Source: a virus
Reading direction: 5' to 3' (one strand)
IMG/VR virus record: IMGVR_UViG_3300027747_003046
Location: 1-64,000 of that record
DNA length: 64,000 nt
A program made the position numbers and the translations under genes. Positions within the stretch are counted from its first letter, which is position 1. The number at the start of each line of letters is the position of its first letter. The notes beneath the pieces were generated by a model. That model was not told the origin of the DNA. It ran no database searches and saw only the letters and a program-made list of their open reading frames with translations. Below are positions 16,074 through 24,686 of the stretch, in pieces.

Positions 16074-16811
16074 ATGAAAGTTAGTAAAGAACAATTAAAG
16101 GCACTAATCAAGGAAGAACTTGATGCCGTTATGAAAGAAGAAGAAAGTGATTTGGAAGAAGCTAAAAAAATAAAAGATACATATGGCAGAGAAGTAACTA
16201 AAGCCTTTAAAGACGATCTTGCCGCCCAAGATAAAAAGAATGCTCTTGCTTCAATTAAGAAGCAAACATTAAAAGGTAGAATAGAAGAAACTGAAGAATT
16301 GGAAGAAGCTGGTAAAAAGGGTCCAAGTATACCACAACTTGCCAATGTATCAAATCCAAGGAATAGACTCAAAGATATTCACTGGTCAAGTGAGGATGAA
16401 AATGTTCCCGGAGAAAAAGATGATTTCTTCGATGAATATTCAACATTAGCTCCAACAACTACAGCTACAGAAGAAATTCATGGTATGTTAAAAGTACTCA
16501 AGATTGATCCAGAAAGTCCAGAAGGTCAAGAGCTTACTGATAAAATAAAAGCAGCTGCTGCAGTAAGTGGTGAAAGATCTGATTCAAGATTGAAGAGCTG
16601 GAAACACGGTAATAATCGTGGAGATCCTTTGGCTTCAAGACAACCAATTGGTATGACAAAATCTGGTACACTTAAGAAAGCAGATATAAGATCTAGAAAA
16701 AATGATATTAAACGCAATTTGGGTTTGGATGAAAGCGAATTAGAAGAAGACAAGCAAATGGAACAAATTGCTGAATCATTCCGCAGATTTACAAAAATTT
16801 TGAAGGACTGA
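16074..16811 (+). CDS. acidic putative internal head/core protein
   Basis: MKVSKEQLKALIKEEL N-terminus, many LEE motifs; late motif upstream. Confidence 0.65.
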   Translation: MKVSKEQLKALIKEELDAVMKEEESDLEEAKKIKDTYGREVTKAFKDDLAAQDKKNALASIKKQTLKGRIEETEELEEAGKKGPSIPQLANVSNPRNRLKDIHWSSEDENVPGEKDDFFDEYSTLAPTTTATEEIHGMLKVLKIDPESPEGQELTDKIKAAAAVSGERSDSRLKSWKHGNNRGDPLASRQPIGMTKSGTLKKADIRSRKNDIKRNLGLDESELEEDKQMEQIAESFRRFTKILKD

Positions 16812-16833
16812 TTACAATTTAATTCGTTGATTT

Positions 16834-16864
16834 AAGGCACCCGAAAGGGTGCTTTACTTCTTTT
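16834..16864 (+). terminator. intrinsic terminator
   Basis: aggcaccc-gaaa-gggtgctt. Confidence 0.75.
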
Positions 16865-16905
16865 GTGGGTCGTGGTAAGCTAACGAACCTTTCGCGGAGC
16901 CTTCT

Positions 16906-17139
16906 GTGACAAAAATTTATGATGAGATTGATATTGACTTCCCTGCTATGGGAAGTGGTGAAGAAATTTACAAATTTTTAATTGAGAAAAGTTCAACTGG
17001 TAAACAACTTATCGAAGCAATTAAAAATAAAAATATGAAAGAAATGTGCTTTCTTTCTGCTCGCCTTGGAAAAATTGGCTATTCAGATTCGGAATTAGAA
17101 AAATTTTTTCAACACGTATTCCACACAAAAGGAATCTAG
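16906..17139 (+). CDS. hypothetical protein
   Basis: GGAG RBS, promoter TTTACT-N17-TAAGCT at 16853-16881. Confidence 0.65.
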   Translation: MTKIYDEIDIDFPAMGSGEEIYKFLIEKSSTGKQLIEAIKNKNMKEMCFLSARLGKIGYSDSELEKFFQHVFHTKGI

Positions 17140-17155
17140 GGTAAGAGATCAGCCC

Positions 17156-17184
17156 TTGACAAACTTAACGCCTCGTGTTAAGAT
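17156..17184 (+). promoter_or_regulatory. sigma70 promoter TTGACA-N17-TAAGAT
   Basis: consensus spacing, extended -10. Confidence 0.8.
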
Positions 17185-17231
17185 GACTCACCAAGCCGCT
17201 GCGCGGCTCTTTTCAGAAAAGGATTTAAATT

Positions 17232-17462
17232 ATGCGTTCACTACTAGTACTAACCGTTCTACTTGCTCTTTCAGCTTGCTCAAAGAAGGAAGAAGCTGCT
17301 GCTACTTCAACTGTTGAAACAGCTCCAGCTGTTGCTTCACAGTCAGCCGAAGTTACAGCCGGAACTCCAACTGTAACAGAAACTTCAGCTGTTACCGTTG
17401 CTCCAACTGCTGCCACACCAGCAACAGCTACCGAAACACCTGCTCCAGCCGTTTCAAAATGA
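17232..17462 (+). CDS. Ala/Thr/Pro-rich lipoprotein
   Basis: signal peptide with lipobox LSAC and low-complexity mature part. Confidence 0.8.
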   Translation: MRSLLVLTVLLALSACSKKEEAAATSTVETAPAVASQSAEVTAGTPTVTETSAVTVAPTAATPATATETPAPAVSK

Positions 17463-17558
17463 TTGATACTATTTAAACTATGCGAGGCATTCGAGCCTTG
17501 TAACAAAGTAGTTTAAATATATTAAAACATAAACGTATTTGAGCAAAACTAAATATAG

Positions 17559-17590
17559 GAAGCCACCGAGAGGTGGCTTTCTTCTTTTCT
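17559..17590 (+). terminator. intrinsic terminator
   Basis: aagccacc-gaga-ggtggctt plus T-rich tail. Confidence 0.75.
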
Positions 17591-17597
17591 GCCGTCG

Positions 17598-17626
17598 TTG
17601 ACAAACTTTTTTGCTTGTGCTAGACT
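17598..17626 (+). promoter_or_regulatory. sigma70 promoter TTGACA-N17-TAGACT
   Basis: consensus spacing. Confidence 0.75.
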
Positions 17627-17638
17627 AACCACAGGAGC

Positions 17639-18583
17639 GTGCATATGCTAGGCTTATGTTGCCAATTCCTTCAACCTTTTAAGAAAAGGAATGGCCTTGT
17701 AGAAAATAAAAATATTATTACGGAAAAGAGTCTGCAACTTGGTGCTTACAAGAGCAACAAGTATACAGTCAATCGTATTTCTGCAACATACCACAACAAT
17801 GTTGATGAACACTTAAAAATTGTTCCAAAGCTTGTTGAAAATAAAATTAAGTCATTCCGACTTTCAAGCAGTTTGTTTCCACTTTACGAATTCACCAAGG
17901 AAACAATTTGGAATGACGATATTCTACGTCGTAAACTAAAAAAACTTGGCGACGAATTTAAGAAGGCCGGTATTCGTGTAACAACACATCCGGGTCAATT
18001 CACTATTATCAATAGTGATGCAAGTCACGTAATCACCAATTCAATTGCTGAATTGGAATATCATGCTTGGATTTTTGATCAGATGGGTCTTGATCAAACG
18101 CCATTCAATGCCATCAACATTCACGGTGGCAAGCGTGGTAATTCTAAACAGTTGGTTGAGTCAATTGGTAAATTGCCAGATAATGTTCGCAACCGTCTTA
18201 CACTCGAAAACGATGAACGTTGTTTTTCTGTTAAGCAGTTGATGCATATCAATAAAGAAACTGGTATTCCAATTGTTTTTGATTCTCATCATCACCAGTT
18301 CAATCAGGATGGCTTCAATACAGAAGATGCCTCCACTCACTCGATTCTAACTTGGAAACGCAATGGCGAGTATTTTAAGCCGTTACAGCACCTATCCAAT
18401 ACAGAGCCGGGAATGGAGAATGGTTCATTTCCAGACCGAAGGAAACATAGCCAATATATTCACTATGTTCCAGACTGTCAATTAGAACTAGCAAAACAAA
18501 ATCTAATTGATCTAGATGTTGAAGCCAAGATGAAAAACTTGGCTATTATGAAAATGCGTAAAGACTTCAATATTGAACTATGA
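17639..18583 (+). CDS. uvsE: UV DNA damage endonuclease (UvsE/UVDE)
   Basis: FRLSSSLFP, THPGQF, NIHGG, LTLEND, DSHHH, DVEAKMK. Confidence 0.93.
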   Translation: MHMLGLCCQFLQPFKKRNGLVENKNIITEKSLQLGAYKSNKYTVNRISATYHNNVDEHLKIVPKLVENKIKSFRLSSSLFPLYEFTKETIWNDDILRRKLKKLGDEFKKAGIRVTTHPGQFTIINSDASHVITNSIAELEYHAWIFDQMGLDQTPFNAINIHGGKRGNSKQLVESIGKLPDNVRNRLTLENDERCFSVKQLMHINKETGIPIVFDSHHHQFNQDGFNTEDASTHSILTWKRNGEYFKPLQHLSNTEPGMENGSFPDRRKHSQYIHYVPDCQLELAKQNLIDLDVEAKMKNLAIMKMRKDFNIEL

Positions 18584-18858
18584 TTAGACAATTCAAAGAA
18601 TTAATTATTAGATATAAAAATGCTTATATCAAAAATAAAATTGATTCTCTGAATTATTCTACCTCGTTAGTTACCAGTTGTGCCATTCCGGTCCTTCGAA
18701 TGAAAAGGAAGATTTGGATGGTTGAATCAATTTGTTTTGATACGTTCCATATTGAACATAATTGGTTTGAAGATGAGACACATTTGGCAGAATATTTAAT
18801 AATTTTAAAAAGTTTAAATTGTTTGTATGATATTAAAGAATATGATATTGAACTGTGA
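18580..18858 (+). CDS. hypothetical protein
   Basis: ATGA-coupled 92-aa ORF. Confidence 0.55.
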   Translation: MIRQFKELIIRYKNAYIKNKIDSLNYSTSLVTSCAIPVLRMKRKIWMVESICFDTFHIEHNWFEDETHLAEYLIILKSLNCLYDIKEYDIEL

Positions 18859-18977
18859 TAATTAAATTATGTGACAACTGTTCAGATTGTTACATTATAT
18901 CTTCTTTTTATATTCTTTGGAATATATAATTTAACTCTTATTGTATTTTTATTTTTTATAATCTCGGATTTTGAAAT

Positions 18978-19559
18978 ATGGCAAACTTTAAAGAAGGCGA
19001 TTGGGTTCAAATAACAGGAACTCCTGATCTCAAATGGAGCAGATGGTCAAACAATCCAGCTTATTATAACAATTTTTTAAATAAAATTGGACAAATCAAA
19101 GAAATTGAAGAGGATTATGACGATCCATTACAATTTCAATACAGAGTTGGTGTCGAATTTGAATATGAAATTAACGATGGATATTCAAAACTATCTCCTG
19201 GCAAATATTATGAGTGGTTCAAAGGCGATCACTTAATAAAATCTTCAAAATATGAAGCAGATCGCAAAATGGCACAAGCAAAAGCTGCCAACGATTTACA
19301 AGAATGGGAAAAGTTTAAGAAAAAATCCACAGACGATGCCCTAAGAAAGGTTTTTTGTCCTGAACCTAAGACCGAAGAGGGCAAAGAAGGTACAACAAAA
19401 GAAGAGCCATACGATCCTTGTGAACCATATGACCCTTGGCACGTAAAAACTAATCCAGGAGATATACCAGATTACAATTCGATGCAAAAAGACGATGAGT
19501 ATGATGTGAATATGTTAGATTTTTTAAATCCAAATGATCCATATTTTAATCCGGATTGA
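18978..19559 (+). CDS. hypothetical protein with N-terminal SH3/KOW-like domain
   Basis: FKEGDWVQI..KIGQIKEI. Confidence 0.7.
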   Translation: MANFKEGDWVQITGTPDLKWSRWSNNPAYYNNFLNKIGQIKEIEEDYDDPLQFQYRVGVEFEYEINDGYSKLSPGKYYEWFKGDHLIKSSKYEADRKMAQAKAANDLQEWEKFKKKSTDDALRKVFCPEPKTEEGKEGTTKEEPYDPCEPYDPWHVKTNPGDIPDYNSMQKDDEYDVNMLDFLNPNDPYFNPD

Positions 19560-19822
19560 TTTTTTACCACATATTTATTTATGTGGAGATTATTGAGCAT
19601 TTATTAGTCGGTGATTTAGTATATTATAAAGGACCACCAATCTTAAATCCACAAGATTGGTTAAGAATTGCTAGTCATAACAACGGATTAATAAATCTCG
19701 ATGATTTGGCAATTGTTTTAGAATGTGATAATTTCTTAAAAATCGCAAATGTCTATTTTCAAGAGAGTGATATAGAAATTCCACGAATTTCTTATAAATA
19801 TCTAATTAAAGTCTCTTATTAA
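19556..19822 (+). CDS. SH3/KOW-like hypothetical protein
   Basis: LVGDLVYY..AIVLE; true start may be GTG near 19583. Confidence 0.55.
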   Translation: MIFYHIFIYVEIIEHLLVGDLVYYKGPPILNPQDWLRIASHNNGLINLDDLAIVLECDNFLKIANVYFQESDIEIPRISYKYLIKVSY

Positions 19823-19859
19823 AGAACTCCGCCTATTTATAAGGTGGGGTTTTTTATTT

Positions 19860-20573
19860 ATGACTATGAAACTTTTGCTTGAAAATTGGAAAAAATTTAT
19901 GAAAGAGAACGATGAACCAAATCCTGCCAATTTGGATCAACAGTATGATTCTGCTCACGTCGTGATCAAGAACAAAATAGGACAAGTTTTGCTCCTGAAA
20001 CGTTCCGAGGTGGATGAATGGATGCCGGGTAAATGGAGTCTTCCCGGTGGTGGCAAAAGAGAAGAAGAAGATCTCATTCAAGCTGCTGTTCGCGAGGTCA
20101 AAGAAGAAACTGGCCTAGAAGTTATGCCAGAAGATCTTCATTTTCTAGAAGATATCAGTAAAAAACAAAACCACGCATTCTTTATTGCTACAAAAGCAAT
20201 CGGCTCTGTTAGATTAGACAGTGAAAACAGTGAATATATCTGGGCAGATACAAGTAAATTGATTCCAAAAGACTGTGTTCCAGATTTAATACAAGTTTTA
20301 GGCTCAGTTTCATCTTTGGAAGAGAAAAGGGTTCCAAAAGGCTTTGAAAAAACACCTTTTACAAATAAATTGAAGGGTGGACAAGCAGATAAAGCAAAAC
20401 CAAGTCAATTTGAACCAAAAGAATTAAGAAAAGGCATAAAACATGAATTAGAACATTCATCTGATATGGATCAGGCAAAAGAAACCGCTGCTGACCATTT
20501 AGTTCAATATAAACACTACTATGATGAACTAGAAAAAATGGAAAAGAAGCTAGAAAAAGACGAAGATGAATAA
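19860..20573 (+). CDS. Nudix hydrolase fused to a C-terminal helical domain (DUF5661-like)
   Basis: Nudix box GGGKREEEDLIQAAVREVKEETGL; C-terminal GIKHELEH..AADHL..YY. Confidence 0.88.
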   Translation: MTMKLLLENWKKFMKENDEPNPANLDQQYDSAHVVIKNKIGQVLLLKRSEVDEWMPGKWSLPGGGKREEEDLIQAAVREVKEETGLEVMPEDLHFLEDISKKQNHAFFIATKAIGSVRLDSENSEYIWADTSKLIPKDCVPDLIQVLGSVSSLEEKRVPKGFEKTPFTNKLKGGQADKAKPSQFEPKELRKGIKHELEHSSDMDQAKETAADHLVQYKHYYDELEKMEKKLEKDEDE

Positions 20574-20602
20574 AAAACGGCACCAATTAAGGTGCCGTTC
20601 TT
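20574..20602. terminator. bidirectional terminator between convergent genes
   Basis: aacggcacc-aattaa-ggtgccgtt with A/T flanks. Confidence 0.75.
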
Positions 20603-20622
20603 ATTTAGACTAGTTAAACAGT

Positions 20623-21600
20623 TCAGGATTGAAGTAATACTTCGTTCCAGCTACCAGTTCCATTTACAGCATGGAAACCAACAGCTTCTGTGACTATTAT
20701 TTGCTTATTCAAATTTGCGCCGGCAGCTCCCGGAGAAGTTGCAACTGATATTGAATAAATTTTTTCATTAGGTGTAGCTGAAGATGTTATTGTTACTAAT
20801 GGATTTGTCATTAATCCCATCTTCATTCTTGGTAATGTTGGATAAACGCCTGGATCGTTACCGAAATACATTAGGTATTTTGTATTTGCAGAAACTGAAC
20901 CCGTATAAATTGAGTAACTTATACGACTATCAAACCAGAATGTGCCTGCTGCCATTTCAGCTGGTGTGGTGGCTCTTGTGCGCATTGTATAAACTGTCAA
21001 GAATGGACGCCAACTTGATGAAACAGCGGTATTGGCATTCATAGTTACAACAGCATATGCACCATCTAATTGTGAAACGGAAGCACTGTTTGTTTGAGAA
21101 GCATCATAGAAGTAATAACCCATCGATGAACTGACACCAGTTGCCGATGCGTTTTTATACATCCAGCCACTACTTCCGGTTGGGAAGGCGCCAACACCGG
21201 TTGGTGGTTTTAAGCCCGGTTCGGCGTTTGAGTATACAGCAGGAGCGAGGGCTGAATTATAGGCCATGGGAATATAATTTGTTGCTGAACCACTTACTAC
21301 TACTGTTTTTATACTGCCGCCAGCAGCACTAATTGTTACTGTGCCAGTTTTTAAAGCTGAAGCTGTTGGTCTAAAATTTGCTGTAACAACTTGGCTACCG
21401 CCACCTGTCAAACTAAATGTTGCTGGTGAGAAATCAAATTGATCTGAATTATCAGTTAATGTGATTGTTTCTGTTGCTTCACCAGTTGAATTGACTGTAA
21501 AAGTCAATGAACTGCTTGAATTAACAGCGATATTGCTGAATGATAATGATGACACACTTGTTGATAATACAACTGGTGTCTTTTCTACGTAGAAAAACAT
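20623..21600 (-). CDS. Ig-like domain virion/decoration protein
   Basis: Ser/Thr-rich beta-sandwich N-terminus (LSFSNIAV..FSLTGGGSQVVTANFRP..GTVTI); GGAG RBS and late motif on the minus strand. Confidence 0.7.
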   Translation of the reverse strand: MFFYVEKTPVVLSTSVSSLSFSNIAVNSSSSLTFTVNSTGEATETITLTDNSDQFDFSPATFSLTGGGSQVVTANFRPTASALKTGTVTISAAGGSIKTVVVSGSATNYIPMAYNSALAPAVYSNAEPGLKPPTGVGAFPTGSSGWMYKNASATGVSSSMGYYFYDASQTNSASVSQLDGAYAVVTMNANTAVSSSWRPFLTVYTMRTRATTPAEMAAGTFWFDSRISYSIYTGSVSANTKYLMYFGNDPGVYPTLPRMKMGLMTNPLVTITSSATPNEKIYSISVATSPGAAGANLNKQIIVTEAVGFHAVNGTGSWNEVLLQS

Positions 21601-21735
21601 TTTTTAAATCTCCTAAATAAGTTAATTGGTAATTGCCACGACGACAACCACCAAATACTATAATTAGTTTGTAAACTTTTTAAGTTTTTAATTAGCTTGC
21701 AGTATATTTATTTGTTATACAGTGCAGGTAAAAAT

Positions 21736-22164
21736 ATGAAAATCATTATTAAAAAAAGTAAAAATGAAGCAATTCTTCCAAAAGGTTCCGAAGGTGTTCA
21801 AACAATTCACTTTGAAGAAAGTGATTGTGGCATGTATGAAGGCATGTGTGATGAAGGTGAATCGCACCAAATCGAATTATATTATGAAGATTATGATTGT
21901 GGATGCCAACAACCACTAGAAGAAGCTGAATATCAAGGACGTTCAGTTCCATTAAATAAGCCAATGAAGGGCGATGTTAAAAAATTTAAAGTTTATGTTC
22001 GCGATCCAAGTACCGGAAACGTAAAAAAGGTTAACTTTGGTGATCCGAATATGAGAATTAAGAAGAGTAATCCAGCAAGAAGAAAATCTTTTAGAGCTCG
22101 TCATCACTGTTCAAGTCCCGGTCCAAAAACAAAAGCCAGGTACTGGAGTTGCCGTAAGTGGTGA
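21736..22164 (+). CDS. conserved phage protein with basic C-terminal domain
   Basis: KVNFGDP..RRKSFRARHHC..KARYWSCRKW; acidic N-terminal pro-region. Confidence 0.75.
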   Translation: MKIIIKKSKNEAILPKGSEGVQTIHFEESDCGMYEGMCDEGESHQIELYYEDYDCGCQQPLEEAEYQGRSVPLNKPMKGDVKKFKVYVRDPSTGNVKKVNFGDPNMRIKKSNPARRKSFRARHHCSSPGPKTKARYWSCRKW

Positions 22165-22177
22165 AAGGGACGATACA

Positions 22178-22468
22178 ATGATTAAAATTAAAATACTTGA
22201 TAATATAGATGCGAAACAAAGCAGCAAAGAAAACAAAAGCGCCGCTGATAAAAACGACAAAGAAACATTAGAACGAATCGCAGATGAGCACGTAGGCTAT
22301 ATGGAAATTAGCGAAAAAGCAAATGGTTTTTGTTGTAGAGACTGTAAAGGTCTAAACTCAAAAGGTTTTTGTGAAAATCCAGATGTTCAAGCTTATGTTT
22401 CAGCTGATTACGGATGTTGTAATTATTTTAATCCAAAAGAAGCTTTGATTGTTTTTCCAAAAAAATAA
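22178..22468 (+). CDS. Cys-rich (HiPIP-like/metal-binding) protein
   Basis: CCRDC..FC..GCCNYF. Confidence 0.6.
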   Translation: MIKIKILDNIDAKQSSKENKSAADKNDKETLERIADEHVGYMEISEKANGFCCRDCKGLNSKGFCENPDVQAYVSADYGCCNYFNPKEALIVFPKK

Positions 22469-22494
22469 TTTTTTAATTTAAATTGGTAAATAAA

Positions 22495-23391
22495 ATGAAC
22501 GATATTAAATGGCAACAATTCTTAACAGAGGCTGTTAAAGTTAAAGGCAAAAGTTATATTGGCAAAAAACCAGAAGAGGTTCTGGATATGCTCGATAATC
22601 TTGGTGACAAGATTTGGATTTTCTTTGATACCGAAACAACTGGTCTTAAAGCAAAAGATGAACAATTGTTAGAAATTGCTGCCATTGCTGTTGATCCTGC
22701 CAAATGGTTGGAAGACGCAGAAGTGATGGATACATTTCACGTCAAAATCAAATTAACCGACGATTTAAAAGCCCGTTTAAGCGACTTGGATTCGGATCAG
22801 CGTAAGGAATGGGAGAAGCGTAATACGAAGTCCAGCAAGCCTTTAAAGCAGCCACAGGATGTATTGGCTATGACCAAGTACGGTGAGAAAGGAATGAAGA
22901 CAATTGACCAAAATGAAGCATTGGAACAATTCCACGAATTCGTATCTGGTTTCAAGGATGCTGTTCTTGTAGCACAAAATGCTACCTTCGATATGGGTTT
23001 TATTAACACACTAAGTCCAAAGCCGCTACCAAAATTCAAAGTTGTCGATACATTACAGCTTTTAGATCATCAAGTTGTGCCTGTTTTACGGACCTTGGCT
23101 ACCGGCGATTTCGAGCCAGCAGATCCCAAAGTACAAAAGCGTGCAAATGAGATACTCAATGTTTTGAAGGGTTCTTCTTCTCTCGGTAAGGTAACCGTGG
23201 CTTACGGAATCAGTGCGGATAATTGGCATAGTGCTTTAGCTGATACAAAGATGCTTATGAAAGTGTATAAAAAAATAGTAGATACACTTAAATATGTTGA
23301 AAACTTACAAAACATCAATGTTAGACCTGCGCAACAAAAGGCAGTTAAAAAAGCCATTGATAGAGAAAAGTGGTTCGCAAGAAATAGATAA
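22495..23391 (+). CDS. DEDDh 3'-5' exonuclease (DnaQ-like)
   Basis: FDTETTG, AQNATFD, HSALAD. Confidence 0.9.
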   Translation: MNDIKWQQFLTEAVKVKGKSYIGKKPEEVLDMLDNLGDKIWIFFDTETTGLKAKDEQLLEIAAIAVDPAKWLEDAEVMDTFHVKIKLTDDLKARLSDLDSDQRKEWEKRNTKSSKPLKQPQDVLAMTKYGEKGMKTIDQNEALEQFHEFVSGFKDAVLVAQNATFDMGFINTLSPKPLPKFKVVDTLQLLDHQVVPVLRTLATGDFEPADPKVQKRANEILNVLKGSSSLGKVTVAYGISADNWHSALADTKMLMKVYKKIVDTLKYVENLQNINVRPAQQKAVKKAIDREKWFARNR

Positions 23392-23529
23392 ACTTTTACT
23401 ATTTTGACACTAATTATCTTAAAATGGTTCTAATTTTCTTCCTAGTGAAGTGGTTAAAACAGATAAGAGGACTTTATTATATAATTTGTTCTCACGGATT
23501 AAAAAACTGAATATGTTGAGGATTTTAAA

Positions 23530-24132
23530 TTGATGGAAGACAGAGTGGCTCTTGTTAAGGAATTGATAAGAGCCTTTTATCCTTTTGCCAAGAAGCACTT
23601 GGGCTTTAATAAGCCTGTTCGTTTATTTTTGCGCCATGATTCGCAAAATGCTGCCCAACCATTAGGTAAAACCGCATATTATGATCCAGAGCATATGTCT
23701 ATAACCCTATACGTATCGGATAGGCATCCAAAAGATGTTGTTCGCTCTATGGCGCATGAATTAGTTCACCATAAACAAAATTGTGATGGAAGATTAACTA
23801 ATATCAATACAGATAATATAACAGAAGATACAAATCTAGAAGAATTAGAAAAAGAAGCCTACGAAAAAGGCAATATTTGTTTTCGTTCTTGGGAAGATAT
23901 GTATAAAGTACATAAAGCAGATACAGAAAAAGTATTGGAGAATAAAATAATGAATGAAAAGAAAGAAGGCGAATATTCAGGCGATATCACCGAAAATGAT
24001 ACCGTAAAAGAATATTATGTTAAAAGAGCCGAAAAGGTTGCTGAACAAGTGGCCAATCGTATGGGAAACAAATTTGGTTTCAAGTTTGATTTAACTGAAA
24101 AAACAGAACAGAAAGGTGGTGATTCAAAATGA
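23530..24132 (+). CDS. HExxH metallopeptidase-like protein
   Basis: RSMAHELVHHKQ..LEKEAY. Confidence 0.75.
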   Translation: MMEDRVALVKELIRAFYPFAKKHLGFNKPVRLFLRHDSQNAAQPLGKTAYYDPEHMSITLYVSDRHPKDVVRSMAHELVHHKQNCDGRLTNINTDNITEDTNLEELEKEAYEKGNICFRSWEDMYKVHKADTEKVLENKIMNEKKEGEYSGDITENDTVKEYYVKRAEKVAEQVANRMGNKFGFKFDLTEKTEQKGGDSK

Positions 24133-24389
24133 GAAAATCAAAGAAGCTAGCTCTATTAAGACTACGTAAACAAAAACAAGAAGCTGCAGCGGCCGAAGAC
24201 GCCGCCAAATTGGCTGCTGAACAAGCTGCCAAAGAAGCAGAAGAACGTGCCGCAAAGGAAGCCGCAGAAAAGGTAGCAAAAGAAGCTGCTGCTAAAGCCG
24301 CGAAAGCCAAAGCAGAAAAAGAAGCCGCAGAAAAGGCTGCCAAAGAAGCTGCTGAAGCCGCAAAATCTGCTGCCGCAAAAGAGGAATGA
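24129..24389 (+). CDS. EAAAK-repeat single-alpha-helix protein
   Basis: repeated AAKEAAEK. Confidence 0.7.
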   Translation: MRKSKKLALLRLRKQKQEAAAAEDAAKLAAEQAAKEAEERAAKEAAEKVAKEAAAKAAKAKAEKEAAEKAAKEAAEAAKSAAAKEE

Positions 24390-24392
24390 TAA

Positions 24393-24686
24393 ATGTCAAA
24401 AACTTTAAATGATTTAACAAGAGACTTCCTTTTAAATGAAGGAACAATGAAAGAAGCTTCATTAAAAGCCTATATTCAGGCTCTTGAAGAAAATATTTTA
24501 AAGTTTGAGGCTCGTTCAAATACAGAAGCAAGAAGACTTGAAGTTATGAAAGAACAGCTACGTGGTATCAAAAGAAACACACGTAGATTAGAGGAACAAC
24601 TTCATCTTCTTGAAAGCAAGAATCTAGAATTACAAGAACAGTTAAGTTTGCTACAAGAGAAAAAGGATACAGCAGAAAATGTTTGA
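24393..24686 (+). CDS. coiled-coil protein
   Basis: heptad L/E-rich, GAGG RBS. Confidence 0.7.
   Translation: MSKTLNDLTRDFLLNEGTMKEASLKAYIQALEENILKFEARSNTEARRLEVMKEQLRGIKRNTRRLEEQLHLLESKNLELQEQLSLLQEKKDTAENV

Noticed and set aside
24129-24389. Tandem DNA repeat or DGR variable region
   Set aside because: Repeats are protein-level (EAAAK) with synonymous variation; no reverse transcriptase or template repeat in the window
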